Notes: generated from the letters alone by a model not told the origin. DNA of 39,942 nt from Octopus sinensis (GCF_006345805.1 NW_021835435.1:1-39942); one strand, 5' to 3'. Numbered from the stretch's first letter, positions 25,789 through 39,135 are shown. Program-made: numbers and translations.

Positions 25789-26162
25789 TAGAACACACTA
25801 AATCCATTGGTGTATGCAGACTCTGGCACACATGTTTCGACATTATTTTCTCTCCTCAGACGCAAGCACATGGAACTAATGAATCGAACAAGTGCTTTTG
25901 GTTCCTGTTCATCATGGTAGTTTGTAATACTGGAAATCATACCCTCAGCAGCCCGAAAAATCATTTTCAGCCTTGCATCGTAATACATGCGATATATTCT
26001 CGCAAATATTTACACCAAGTTTTGTATGACAACATTCAAATTCTGCTTGTTACAGTATGCATGGCATCAGAATATTTAGAAAAATATGGTAGATATATAA
26101 TTTCGACTGGAGTTTAGATATCACATTTTACTACTTAAATTTCATTTTTGCTTTGATTTCAG

Positions 26163-26189
26163 GGTATGAGTCACAGTAAGCAGAATAGG
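26163..26189 (+). CDS. Gene C exon 4, 27-nt microexon GMSHSKQNR
   Basis: ctttgatttcag| ... |gtacgt. Only the phase-0 frame is open. Confidence 0.85.
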
Positions 26190-26404
26190 GTACGTAATAT
26201 TACTCTAATACCACATCGTCTGCACTATTACTACAGTAGTGGCATTGATATTCAAATGCAAGCAAAGATATTGTAATATCACTAATAACAATAATATATC
26301 TCAATATTGTTGTGTTTGCTAACTTGTTTAAAAGTAATACACCTTGAATGAAGTTATAATTAGACTGAATTCATAAAGAAATAGGTAATTCTTCGTCTTA
26401 AAAG

Positions 26405-26815
26405 GGCGTCAAGCTGGCAGAATCGTTAGCACACCGGGCAAAAGGCTTAGCGGCATTTCGTCTTTCGTCTGCCGTTACGTTCTGAGTTCAAAATTCCGCC
26501 GAGGTCAACTTTGCCTTTCATCCTTTCGGGGTGGATTAAATAAGTACCGGTTACGCACTGGGGTCGATATAATTAACTTAATGCGTTTGTCTGTACTTAT
26601 TTGTCCCCTCTATGTTTAGCCCCTTGTGGGTAATAAAAAACAGGTATTTTGCCCGTCTCCACGTTCTGAGTTTAAGTTCCGCCGAGGCCCACTTTGCCTT
26701 TCATCCTTTCGGGGTCGATAAATTAAGAACCAGTGAAACACTGGGGTCGATGTAATCGACTAGTCCCTCTTCCCTAAAAATTTTGGGCCTTGTGGATTTA
26801 GTAGAAAACGATTAT
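26405..26815 (+). mobile_element. SINE family 3, dimeric (core repeated twice)
   Basis: Core at ~26480-26645 and ~26645-26815. Further degenerate copies at ~19190, 19373, 31575, 34195, 34830 and 36681. Confidence 0.85.
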
Positions 26816-26853
26816 TGATGCTTATATAAACATGTTTTCTATTTTATTTACAG

Positions 26854-26913
26854 GTCGAGCGCCATTCCGTATTATTTTCAACTATTACGACTCTTGTATT
26901 TTTACATTTATAA
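26854..26913 (+). CDS. Gene C terminal exon VERHSVLFSTITTLVFLHL*; completes a 100-aa secreted, probably GPI-anchored six-Cys protein
   Basis: ttttatttacag|GTC, 19 codons then TAA overlapping AATAAA. Confidence 0.85.
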   Translation, partial: VERHSVLFSTITTLVFLHL

Positions 26914-26918
26914 ATAAA
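26913..26918 (+). promoter_or_regulatory. Candidate polyadenylation signal AATAAA overlapping gene C stop
   Basis: TAAATAAA followed by T/GT-rich sequence. Confidence 0.4.
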
Positions 26919-28393
26919 CATGTATCTTTCAATAAGTATTTGTTAGTTTATAGTTTTTACTGGACCTCAATTTCCGTACTCCGAAGTCCCGCTCAAGAAG
27001 GTGTGTAGCATGTTTAATGACTTGGGTGGGTTCAGTGTATATGTCTTTGTGCACAGCGACCTCTCTACATGGACCCGATAAAAATCGATATCTCGGTCAC
27101 CAACATTTGAGAAAACCCATTTATATGTCAAATATTAATTCTCAACCGCTAAATACCTTTTTAATCCAATAGAGAGAAATTCGATTTTTGGTGACTTCTA
27201 ATTTTCCCTAATGACTTGTAGATACGTGGTATTTCGTTACGCAACCATGACATTCTATAAATTATTTTAAATGTTTTTTATAAGTCAACACCATGTTCTA
27301 CTGCGTTAGCAATGCTTTTTACATTATTTTCTGAATGTTCTTTCTATAGATCTTCTTCCATAGAAACCATCGCCAGCATTGATTTTTGCTACAAAGTTTA
27401 GTATCGAGATGTCAGATGTAAACAAATAATGTTTACATCAGACGTTTCGATTCGAAACGTTGTAGCAAACATTCAGGCTGGCTTTGGTCTGTATAGAATA
27501 TTTGTAGAAATACCGCTAAAGAAATAATCTAATCTTCTCATCTCTTTGGGAAATATCGCAAACCTCTGGAATACGAAATAGTACCGCATATGTATCACGT
27601 TTCCTCATACAAGCGTTCGCATTTATTCGTCGTGGGCTGACATATTTTATTAGAGGGAATACTACTAAGCTATTTCTTAAGGAAAAGAGAATTTGAGAAT
27701 GTGGGATTAATGCTGTTATACTATATAATGTAACCATAGAATTTGTTGCCTACAATGTATCTCTTGATGACCAGTAACTTAGAGAAATAGAGAAAATATT
27801 TCGAACTGAGATAAGTAGACTGTCACTTAAAGAGAATTATCTGCCAGACTGTAAAAAATACAGGTGTTTATTTGATTGTCTAGAACTCAGGATGGCTATA
27901 CCCTGCATGGCTACAGTCTTATAACGGCAAGCAATAAATAAGGAATACTCATATAACAGTTATAAAGCTGTCTACGTGAAAACCTATGTCAGACATTTTT
28001 TTTTTATACAGACACAATGGAATTAATTTTTTTTTCTGTAAAACCAATTACCAATTACACCCTAATTTAACACTTTGACTGTGTAATTAAATTTCATGGG
28101 TATTCACTTCATGATGTTAATTATCCAATCCTCCACCCTCCAGAAAACAAAAAAAAAAGAAAAATAAAGCAAAAGAAATAATAACAACGAGAAAAGATAA
28201 ATAAAATTGGTATTTTTTATTTGTGCAATACATTTTCAGTATCTCTTGTAGGACTGGTTTTTATAGCCATTGCGAAAGAAAGCATTTGATTCTTGCGTAT
28301 AAACAGGACTTTTATCGGTTTAATTTCATTTGTTTCATTCATTACAATGCGGCCATACTGGGGTACCGCCTTGCAGAATTTTTAGTCGAACGA

Positions 28394-28674
28394 ATTGACT
28401 CCTGTACACTAAAAGAAAAAACAACATTTTTTAGACCCTGGTACTTATTCTATCGATCTCTTTGCAAAACCGATAAATTGCGGGGACGTAAACACACCGA
28501 TATCGGCTGTCAAGCGGTTGATATAAACAGACAGAAAAACAGTAAAATAGATATATGACAGCCGATACTGGTGTGTTTACGTCCCCGCAATTTATCGGTT
28601 TTGCAAAGAGATCGATAGAATAAGTACCAGGGTCTAAAAAATGTTGTTTTTTCTTTTAATGTAAAGGAGTCAAT
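28394..28674. repeat. ~119-bp inverted duplication of a diverged SINE fragment
   Basis: Arms 28394-28512 and 28556-28674, 43-nt spacer. Confidence 0.93.
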
Positions 28675-28704
28675 ATATATATATATATTTAATATATATA
28701 TATA

Positions 28705-28859
28705 TCCACAAAATAAACCCCAGGACCACGGATGGGTTCCGGAAAAACCTTTACACTTTTTTTAAAAACTTAGGCCTTAGAATTACCTTAGATTCGAACT
28801 TAACCAAAGCTAACTTCCTTGACGTTACCCTCGATTTAGAAACCTCCCTTTATTACCCG

Positions 28860-28862
<3 letters not shown>
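28705..28862 (+). mobile_element. Penelope-like element reverse transcriptase fragment
   Basis: Translates INPRTTDGFRKNLYTFFKNLGLRITLDSNLTKANFLDVTLDLETSLYYPF. GLxIT...NFLDVTL is typical of the C-terminal PLE RT motifs. Flanked by (TA)n. Confidence 0.7.
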
Positions 28863-28897
<35 letters not shown>

Positions 28898-29365
28898 CTA
28901 TATATATTTATATATATTTAGTTCGATGCGAATGATAACACACTTAGTCGCGTTAACAAAAAGATGTGGGTTCGAGTCCCATGCGGATAGAAAAGTCTAC
29001 ATTTTTCAACCCTACTATTAAACTATTTTCCTTAGTCATCGCACGGCTATCGCAATAAGCTTTAAGTTTATATAAATACCATTTTATACACAAACACACA
29101 CGCGCACATATGTATAATATATATATATATTTAGTCGTTGACTATTTTCTCTTTTCCACCAGGCCGCTGGTAGCGATAAATTTCTATTGATTTTTTTGCT
29201 ACCCTAAATTGACTAATGATAATTTTCTGAATAATTCTGAGATTGAATCGGCAGTTATATTTACTGCTGATAAGTTTGGCGCGAATACGTCAGTCTGAAA
29301 AATTTTAAGACTATATTCCGTAGCATCGATACAGACGCCTCGTGTATATTTGTCTCTCCCAGGGT

Positions 29366-29460
29366 TTTTATGATGAAGTGTAACCTATGGTAGATTGGCT
29401 TAATTAATTTAATTAAGCTAATTTAATCATTATGACACAGAAACGTTGCAACGTCTAAAA
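29366..29460 (+). ncRNA. Type I hammerhead ribozyme, array copy 1 (C3 missing: mutation or read error)
   Basis: ttttta-TGATGA ... GAAACGTTGCAACGTC-TAAAA. Confidence 0.55.
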
Positions 29461-29838
29461 GATGAATTGGGGTAAATGTTTTTAAATTTTCACCTAATTT
29501 CTGAATTACTACTACTTGGCGGTGCGGTGTGTGTCATGTGGATGCTCTTTTGGTGACGAATGACCTGTAGGGTCACTCCTAAATTGTATATATATATATT
29601 TAGTCGTGACTTTTTTCTCTTTTCCACCAGGCCGCTGGTAGCGATAAATTTCTATTGAATTTTTTGCTACCCTAAATTGACTAATTGATAATTTTCTGAA
29701 TAATTCTGAGATTGAATCGGCAGTTTATATTTACTGCTGATAAGTTTGGCGCGAATACGTCAGTCTTGAAAATTTTAAGACTATATTCCGTAGTAGCATC
29801 GATACAGACGCCTCGTGTATATTTGTCTCTCCCAGGTT

Positions 29839-29934
29839 TTTTACTGATGAAGTGAACCTATGGTAGATTGGCTTAATTTAATTTAATTAAGCTAATTAAT
29901 CATTAATGACACAGAAACGTTGCAACGTCTAAAA
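29839..29934 (+). ncRNA. Type I hammerhead ribozyme, array copy 2; cleavage after 29929
   Basis: CTGATGA at 29844 ... GAAACGTTGCAACGTC-TAAAA. One T is missing in stem II. Confidence 0.7.
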
Positions 29935-30307
29935 GATGAATGGGGTAAATGTTTTTAAACTTTCACCTAATTTCTGAATTACTACTACTTGGCGGTGTGA
30001 GTTATGGCTGCTCTTTCTGGTGGACGATGACCTGTTAGGGTCACTCCTAAATTGTTATATATATATATTTAGTCGTTGACTATTTTCTCTTTTCCACCAG
30101 GCCTGGCGCTGGTAGACGATAAATTTCTATTGAATTTTTTGCTACCCTAAATGACTAATTGATAATTTTCTGAATAATTCTGAGATGAATCGGCAGTTTA
30201 TATTTACTGCTGATAAGTTTGCGCGAATACGTCAGTCTTGAAAATTTTAAGACTATATTCCGTAGGCATCGATACAGACGCCTCGTGTATATTGTCTCTC
30301 CCAGGTT

Positions 30308-30405
30308 TTTTACTGATGAAGTGTAACCTATGGTAGATTGGCTTAATTTAATTTAATTAAGCTAATTTAATCATTAATGACACAGAAACGTTGCAACGTC
30401 TAAAA
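30308..30405 (+). ncRNA. Type I hammerhead ribozyme, array copy 3 (best preserved); predicted cleavage after GUC at 30400
   Basis: Stem I TTTTA/TAAAA; core CTGATGA; stem II GTGT/ACAC extended by a 14-bp hairpin; GAAA; stem III ACGT-TGCA-ACGT; C17. Extra A on each side at the base of stem II is non-canonical. Confidence 0.75.
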
Positions 30406-30657
30406 GATGAATGGGGTTGGGTAAATGTTTTTAAATTTTCACCTAATTCTGAATTACTACTACTTGGCGGTGTGAGTTATGGCTGCTCTTTCTGGTGGAC
30501 GAATGACCTGTTAGGGTCACTCCTAAATTGTTATATATATATATTTAGTCGTTGACTATTTTCTCTTCTCCACCAGGCCGCTGGTAGCGATAAATTTCTA
30601 TTGAATTTTTTTGCTACCCTAAATTGACTAATATATACATATATACATATGTATATA

Positions 30658-31087
30658 CGCAGGAGTGGCTGTGTGGTAAGTAGCTTGCTAACCAACCACA
30701 AGGTTCCGGATTCAGTCCCACTGCGTGGCATCTTGGGCAAGTGTCTTCTGCTATAGCCCCGGGCCGACCAATGCCTTGTGACTGGATTTGGTAGTCGGAA
30801 ACTGAAAGAAGCCTGTCGTATATATGTATATATATATATATATATATATGTGTGAGTGTGTGTGTTTGTGTGTCTGTGTCTGTCCCCCCCCACCATCGCT
30901 TGACAACCGATGCTGGTGTGTTTACGTCCCCGTCACTTAGCGGTTCGGCAAAAAGAGACCGATAGAATAAGTACTGGGCTTACAAAAGAATAAGTCCCGG
31001 GGTCGATTTGCTCGATTAAAGGTGGTGCTCCAGCATGGCCGCAGTCACATGACTGAAACAAGTAAAAGAGTAAAAGAGCAAAGAGTA
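30658..31087 (+). mobile_element. tRNA-derived SINE, family 2
   Basis: Full-length copy immediately after the tandem array. Confidence 0.9.
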
Positions 31088-31753
31088 CATGTATCATATG
31101 CAGACCTTCATATTTGAATGTAATAAACCTGCGTTGAATCCTTCAGGCAAGAACCATTCAAATTCTTTTCTATGAAAAATTTTTTAAAAGAACACAATAT
31201 AAAAAAAAGACTTCGGCTTCTGTTTCGACAAATATTCATTAAACAACATCAAATTGTAATTCAAGTTGATGTCAGGCTATTCATAATGTTACATAAATAA
31301 TTGAAAATGTCAAAATACAGTTCTCTTTTGCATGCCATTTATCAAATTTATATAAATCATTAGTATGGAGAGACACCTGCTATTACTCATTATCATAAAG
31401 TAGTTTTTGAAAACTCTCTTCATCAACAAATGTGACCATTATATTGCTGTTGTTCAGTGTAATAAGGAATAAGGCAAATGAAGGCTATCATATTTCTTTC
31501 ATTGATTGTGTTTCTGTTGTTGCGTTATTGTATCCGATATCGAAATCCTTAAGGATGTCATTAAATCTTTTAATGCGGTGAGATTCTAGGGCCAATATGC
31601 TTCGCACGCCCTGCCAAGTTGCTTATTGGCATCTCGTCCATCGTTACGTTGTGAGTTGAAACTCGACCGAAGGCGATTTTGCCTCTCATCCTTTCGGGAA
31701 TCGGTAAAATAATTAGCAGTTGGGGAGTGGGGTTGGCATGAACGAAGTGATAA

Positions 31754-32357
<604 letters not shown>

Positions 32358-33872
32358 AACGAGATAACGAGTAGGGTGGTCACTCTCGCCCGGCAATGGG
32401 CCGAGAGGAAACTGTCCCTAAAAGGTCGAGCGGAGGTGGCGAACACGTACATCGCGTCCGTCATCTACTACCGCCTGACCGTCGTACCCTGTCCCGACCC
32501 TACCATCACCAAACTACAACGCATCCTCTTTCGCTTCTTGTGGAAAGGATGCGTCCCGATGGTCAGGCGATCCATTTGCTGTCAACACCCGTTAAAAGGA
32601 GGGCTGGGCATGCCGTGGTTAATGATGCGCAGACACGCGCTGAGACTGCGACATCTCTGGCTCTATGTAGACGACGGTGAACAGGTGTGGTCGCCGTTTG
32701 TGAGGCACGCTTTCCCGCAGCTCGTCTGCATGACCGAACTGCAGTCGTGGATCAAAAAGAGGCCGAGGAAGGGCGAATGGCACCGCGAGTGTCGCGTTGC
32801 TCTCAAGCAACTCTGCCGTCCTGGGTCGACCTTAAGTGACTTCAACACAACCAAAGCATTCTATAGGGGTTTAGTGGAGGGGAGGTACGACGACGAGCTC
32901 GGGGCGAACCTGGACGTCGACGAGGAGTACCTGACCCGCCTGTTCGGGACGACTTTCGGGCCAGGCCCATGGACAACTTCCAGAGATCCCTGGCCTGGCA
33001 GTGCTACCGAGAAGCGCTACCCGTTCGGGATAAGCTCTACAGACACGGCTCGAGAAACACGGGGCCGACCTGCCCGAGATGCGGTCAGAGCGACGAAACC
33101 GTTCTGCACGCACTCGTTCAGTGTCCAACAATTTCCGACCTGTGGGCTTATGTCGAAAACTGCTGTCACGTGTGGGACGAGTCGGTTTATCAGCTGAGTC
33201 TATCGTCAATATTGTCACGCCTCCTTCCTTCAAACGGGAAGGAAGAGCTATTTTCATCATCCTTGTGGCTATGGCGAAAGAATGTATCTGGTGGACGCGT
33301 CTGAAAGGATTGGAGACAAACACTTTCCTCTCTGGTCAATCTCTCATCAACTTCTTCAAGTACCACTTGAAAAGGAAAGTGAGAGTAGAGAGGCAAGTTT
33401 TGTCTAGCGAATGTTTTAAAAAAAGATGGGTGAATGTAGCAAGAATGGCACGTATGAATGACGAAGCCACCTTGAGCATAGTCCTATGAACCAGAAATCG
33501 AAAACAGAGAGTTGCTTATTTGCAAAAAAAAAAAAAAAAAAATAGAAATATAAAATGTGACTTCATTGACCGAGGTTACCGTGGTCTTTTCCGTAGGCTT
33601 TTCTTTCCACGGGTAAACCTCACCTGTCCTCCCCTTTACACTTCATATTGACATTTCTGTGATAACGATCCCTATTGATCAGTTTTTTTTTCCTCTCCCC
33701 CTTTTTTTTTTTTTTTTTAACCCCCCCCTTTTTTGTCTCTTTCTCTCCTTTTACGATCCCTTTTGATCGAAACTCCTCTTTTTTTTTTTTTTTTTTTAAA
33801 CCTTCAAAAGAAAAGCTCTACCTTGTAATGTGTTCTATCTGTGTGCAGCCCTGTGTGGCTAATAAAGAAACA
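32358..33872 (+). mobile_element. 5'-truncated L1/Tx1-clade LINE (ORF2 C-terminus with zf-RVT region, two frameshifts, 3'UTR)
   Basis: [38 protein letters not shown]; [18 protein letters not shown] zinc knuckle; stop at 33489. Ends AATAAAGAAACA, with (TCTA)n on both sides. Confidence 0.9.
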
Positions 33873-33891
33873 TATCTATCTATCTATCTCT

Positions 33892-33937
<46 letters not shown>

Positions 33938-34971
33938 ATCTATCTATCTAGATATTTACATACCTACCTACTTGTCTACTTACCTACCTACCTACATATG
34001 ACTGTCTGTCTATCCACTGATCCTACAACAATTCATCCGCCTATCACTGACGTCTACAATAACCAAAGAGAAAAGAAGGAAAATATTTATTTAAACTTAA
34101 ATAGCGAGTACTGCAACTTTTTCATTGGCAGAAACAAAGAAATAACGTGAAATTTTGAGTCAAACTTGGAAGTTCTGCTATGGGTCATAGGTAATGTATC
34201 GATAAAATAAGTACCAGTTGATCACCAGAGTCGGTGTAATTCATTAGCTGCCTCCTCCACCAAATGTGTTAGCCTTGTGTCAATATTTGAAATCAATATT
34301 ACAATAAATGAGGTATTTTAATTAACTCTGATAGACTAATATAGAAAATGTATAATAACTTCGAAAAGGCATTAATAGAATGAATGAACATTAAGAAATC
34401 CCTCCTTGACAATAAATGTACGTCACTGCTGTGGAACAGTAACGGCGATTCAATTATACTGTAGTTAAATGTTATAGTGTTTTAATTGAAATCTGCACTG
34501 CGCACGATTTGAAAATATCATTCTGCAGCAGTAACAGTAATTTAGGTGAAGTCTACTATAAGCTAAACCTGATGTATATACGGAATGTATTAAATATTAT
34601 ATATGAAGTTGGCTTTAAGACTGGATTACAAAAGGCGGTCTAGTTAAATTGCAATAAAATATTTAATTATAATTGCAATAACATAATGCGATAAACATTT
34701 AAATATTATAACGCAATATAATTCAGATATTTCAAATTATATAAACTATAGAAAATTCTATAATATATTATATGATATATTCCAATAGCGAAGGGCAACA
34801 AACAGCCATTATTATATGGTATACTATTCGATAAATTACCAGTTGAGGACTGGGCTTAATGTACGCGACTTAAACATTCTGCTGAAATTGCTGGCATTGT
34901 GCCAAGCTTTCAAACCGATATTTATAGGTATACTAATAATATAAGACATCACACGTTTCAGTGATACAATG

Positions 34972-35625
34972 TATCAGGTTGAGCCGAAACCAACCAACGT
35001 TTTCAACGATAAAGAAATTGCACCGAATTTTTGCAAAGGTTTGAATTTTTTAAAAACTTTATTTTTTGAAGTTGCCTGATAATACAGACACAGACTTGCC
35101 CAAATGCATCAATGATTTAACCATGATTTTTTTCACCGTTGTTATAATCATCTGAAATGGAACTGCCAAAGCGCAATATTCGAGCAATTTTTCTATTCAA
35201 CTCCAAAAAAAGGACATAAAATAGCCGAAACTCCTCACGATATCAATGAAATGACTAGTGAGTGGTCAGCTTGAAAATGGTTTAAACGATTTCGCAGTGG
35301 AGTTCTGAGCCTTGAAGACCGTGAGCATAGTGTACGCCCATCTGTCATCGATGACGGTCAATTAAAGATCATCATTAAGAAAGATCGATGTCAGGCCACT
35401 CAAGAACTGTCAAAAGAACTTCAAGTTAGCCAGGAAACTACCTGCAATCATATGCATGCGATCGGAGAATGGAAAAACTTGACAAATGGGTACCACACGA
35501 TTTGAATGAAAATCAAAAGATGCGCAGATATGAAATTTGCACGTCGCTTCTTCTCCGTAACCAGACCGATCCATTTCTCGACGTTATGTCAAATTGCGAT
35601 GTAAAGTGGATTCTGTACAATAATA
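34972..35625 (+). mobile_element. Mariner 5' half (transposase pseudogene from ATG 35157)
   Basis: KWFKRFRSG..LEDREHSVRP, KLDKWVPHDL, CDVKWILYNN motifs with frameshifts. Confidence 0.9.
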
Positions 35626-35726
35626 TATCGCTGTAAAACCAAGTTCTGTCGTTCGTAACAACCCGCGTCCGTTTCATCCACACTGAGTCTGTTACCAGAG
35701 CTTGGTTTCATGAGCTTCGATTTCAG

Positions 35727-37231
35727 ACAGTAAGGTTATATTTTATGAGCGTGTAATTATGAAAACACAGTGTGTCCATTATTTAACTTGCTGAGTATGT
35801 CCATTCTTTTATTTCAGTGGTTCCATACACTCACTAATCGAATAAAGGTAGTCAATAGTAACATAATACGACAACAAAGACACATTGTTATTTCTTCGAT
35901 ATTACTAACATCAAATCCATTGTACTATAATGCTTTATATCATTATAATATTACTGTCCATGCAGCACCAAATTATTTTCTCTTTAAATCGGTTACCTAA
36001 TGATGCAAAAGTATCTGAAATAAGGTCACCAATAACATTGAATTAGCCGCAACTAACTCTGAGAAAATCACCAACACGAGATATGCACCATTGCTGTGGC
36101 ATAGAAGTGTTAATTTAGTCTAATAGTAGATGAAACGAATGTCCTCAAAGAGATATTACTCATGAATTCCTAGCAAAGTACGCCATATTAATAGGATGTG
36201 AGGATTGTGTAGCGATAAACATGGACTGGTTTATTGATAAATATTCAATATGTAGTATCTCTTCTATTTCATGTAACTTATATAATCCTCCATTATCACA
36301 TTTTATAACTCCTTCCTGCAATAATATGATACATTAGACGTAGAATACCAATCGAAATCCATCCATTACAGTTGTAGTAATACGGTTATTACAACAAGGC
36401 AATGCCACTAACTAATACTAACAGACTTCAACAACATCAGTCTAATGTAATCAATACAATATCTACTAATGATGTGGTAGCAGCTATAACTGATAATATG
36501 ATAGCCGTTTATGAACAATTGCGATGGCATTTCTGGTCCCTCATTAACACCAGGATAGCCCTTGGCTAATTCAAAACATTTGTTCTCGTAGTTATTCGTC
36601 TTTGAAATTTCTACAAACAATATTTTGCTCATCCGGCGGAAATAAAACAAATGTGATTTAAAATTTCACACGTATAGAAATGGCGGCGAATTTTAAGGAT
36701 TTGCAGTATTTCTACCAGTCCAATACTCTGCGTTCTGATTTCAAATTCCGCAGATTTCAAACTGCTTTACTTTTTCTTCTCGGTCGATAAATGAATACCG
36801 TGTTTGCGTATGGTCAGTTGGTATAATTACTACGGCGTATGGGATGTCAAGCTTTGCTGTTGCTTATTCTGGTTAGAATCTATGCGGAGTAGGTCTTATT
36901 AAATTCCTGCCAAAGGATCGCACCATCAACGTCTCTGTTTTAACGAACTGCGTGAACTTTGGAGCAGAAACGCAGTAGAAAACTGAGACGAGGTGTCCTC
37001 TTATTTCAGGACAAAGCAGCAGCACACACAGTACATGAACCTTCACGAAAAATACGCGACTTTGGTTTCGAATTGGTAAACCACCCAACTTACTCTCCTG
37101 ATTTGACCCCCTTTGACTATCACCTCATGTGATTACGGTAAGTACAAACTTGTGACCTCCATTTCTTTATAGTACAAGAACGTAGAGACTTCATGGATAA
37201 TTTGACTCTCGTAATGTTTGCGTACGTATCA
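35727..37231 (+). pseudogene. Paralog E (fragmentary pseudogene)
   Basis: From 35727, FYERVIMKTQCVHYL aligns with FYDCIGHVHGCVEQF (Cys>CGT, frameshift). A 30-nt microexon 35818-35847 reads WFHTLTNRIK with ag/gt. The intron-4 block follows. A weak terminal-exon relic lies at 37172-37231. Confidence 0.5.
36890..37132 (+). mobile_element. Mariner catalytic-domain fragment
   Basis: LLFQDKAAAHT..GFELVNHPTYSPDLTPFDYHL. Confidence 0.85.
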
Positions 37232-38689
37232 TCAGCGTTTAAGGGGCAACCATAACATTGCCCGCATGTTGATGCACACTTGTTGTTCAACTAAGTGTAT
37301 GTTAAATATTAAACCACGAGTCATACGAAATTGTTGCATTCGATGCGTCAAAACATTTGCAAATATATTTAATGGCGGAGTTTTCTTTTTGAAACCACGC
37401 TCTTATTGTGTTAATAGAATCTGTTAGCATAGAGCATTCAGCGTCGTAAGCGTATAGTTTTGAAGCCGAACGCACGGACTGGAGATTAGTAATTCCATGA
37501 ATATGTTCATAAGTTTTTTGGAAGCTGTAAGTACCCTCCTTACGATATATTCGGACAAAATATAAGCAAAACACTACAAAAATGCAATTTGCTACAATAC
37601 AGTGCAATAATGTTTTTTTTTTATTACATCCTGTTATATTATACTATCTGCTACAAGTCATATAAAGTTCTCTTTTCATGAAGATCAAAACGTACCCTAC
37701 AGGCACCCTATCAACATATTTCACAATCACCGATTCATATAATTTACCAGAGCCGACACGATTCTTAATGCCACTATTCCAGCATTTGGTTCCTATGCAA
37801 GAATTACTGTCGAGTAAATGTTTTGGCCACAGAAACGAAGTTGTGTGAAATAAAGGCAATGTTTAGTGCGATTATTCTCGCTTTGTTATTATTAATAATT
37901 ATGTGAAGCACGATGGAAGTATAGTACATCTAGAAATGTTAGAAATAACAACTTTAACTCAGATCTTTGATCATAATGTGTGTTCAATCAGATCTAGCGT
38001 GAGACTGGGAAAAACAAATTACAACTCCCACGAAAAAACAAAACCCAAAACCCTCACAAAAATACAAATTGATGTGATTTATATTTTCGTAGTTGATGTC
38101 GTTGTTGTGGTTATTGTTATTTTACCGCTGTCGAAATAATCAGCTAATCAGCTAACATGTAATAAAAACCCACAATTTCGCTATTTTTTGTTCTGTACTT
38201 TTTCTTTAATATACATAAAAACTTTGATCAAATCTAACAGCTTTTGATTAAGTATCCCATCGAAGGAACTTAGTCAAGTGATATTGTCATATAAGGAAAG
38301 GTGAACATTTATTTTTTTATAAAAACATTGGTACTTTGTCAATCCAACGAATATAGAGATTTTTTTTGTTCTGTTTCTAAGTTCTATCGCCATTCACAAT
38401 TCATTCGGTGAAAGTAAAATCAAGACACAACCAGCAAGAAAACAACCTGCTGCGATATTTTTTACGTAATCCTTCTGTATTATGTCATCTGTCAGATTTG
38501 ATATAAAAGTTCTGATTTCAGGAACATCAAAACCTATTCTGTAGGGACCACCACATAACTTGATATTCTCTTTATGGCTGGTACAAAATTACAACTACGC
38601 ACACAAACGTATAACCACACATACATACATATGCACAGGCACGTAACAACACAGGTTCATATATAATAAAAATAAAATAATATATATTA

Positions 38690-38738
38690 TATGAGCATAT
38701 ACGTATATGTATATATATACACATACATACATACATAC

Positions 38739-38770
<32 letters not shown>

Positions 38771-38857
38771 TGATATATATATTATATTATAATATATTAT
38801 TATATATATATTATATATATATTATATATATATATATATATACACATACATACATAC

Positions 38858-38902
<45 letters not shown>

Positions 38903-39089
38903 GAGAGAGAGAGAAAGAGAGCAAGTGATAACATATAAGAGATGGCATGGGACAGGTAGGTAGATAGAGAGACATGACTACATGTGTAATTGTGTATACA
39001 CACATACACAAACAAAGTGGATATATACATACACACATACATACATACATACATACATACATACATACATACATTCATACATACATACA

Positions 39090-39125
<36 letters not shown>

Positions 39126-39135
39126 TTATATATAT
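38690..39135. repeat. Compound (TA)n/(GA)n/(TACA)n microsatellite (many similar tracts throughout the window)
   Basis: Direct inspection. Confidence 0.95.

Larger units (their letters stand above)
29118..30632 (+). repeat. Tandem array of ~470-bp units (3 full + 1 partial), each preceded by (TA)n; retrozyme-like
   Basis: Unit start ttagtcg recurs at 29131, 29600, 30069 and 30545. Copies differ mostly by 1-3 nt indels. Confidence 0.95.

Noticed and set aside
27892-27926. Possible decayed signal exon of paralog D (MAIPCMATVL*, donor gcaagc)
   Set aside because: Too short and degenerate to support.
28935-28985. tRNA-like segment with GGTTCGAGTCCC; likewise the SINE heads
   Set aside because: No complete cloverleaf; these are SINE-type Pol III heads, not tRNA genes.
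29118-30632. CRISPR-like or coding interpretation of the tandem array
   Set aside because: Whole units repeat with no unique spacers, there is no ORF, and the context is eukaryotic. The indel-type differences may be uncorrected long-read errors, so copy number is uncertain.
36380-36650. Minus-strand hydrophobic translation resembling a GPCR TM3 or claudin segment (TAIILSVIAATTSLVDIVLITLD)
   Set aside because: Multiple stops and frame changes; AT-rich DNA readily gives such strings. It is part of paralog E intron 4.
37302-37859. Two minus-strand ORFs (101 and 71 aa) in unique sequence
   Set aside because: No recognisable motif, non-ATG starts, and no convincing splice structure.
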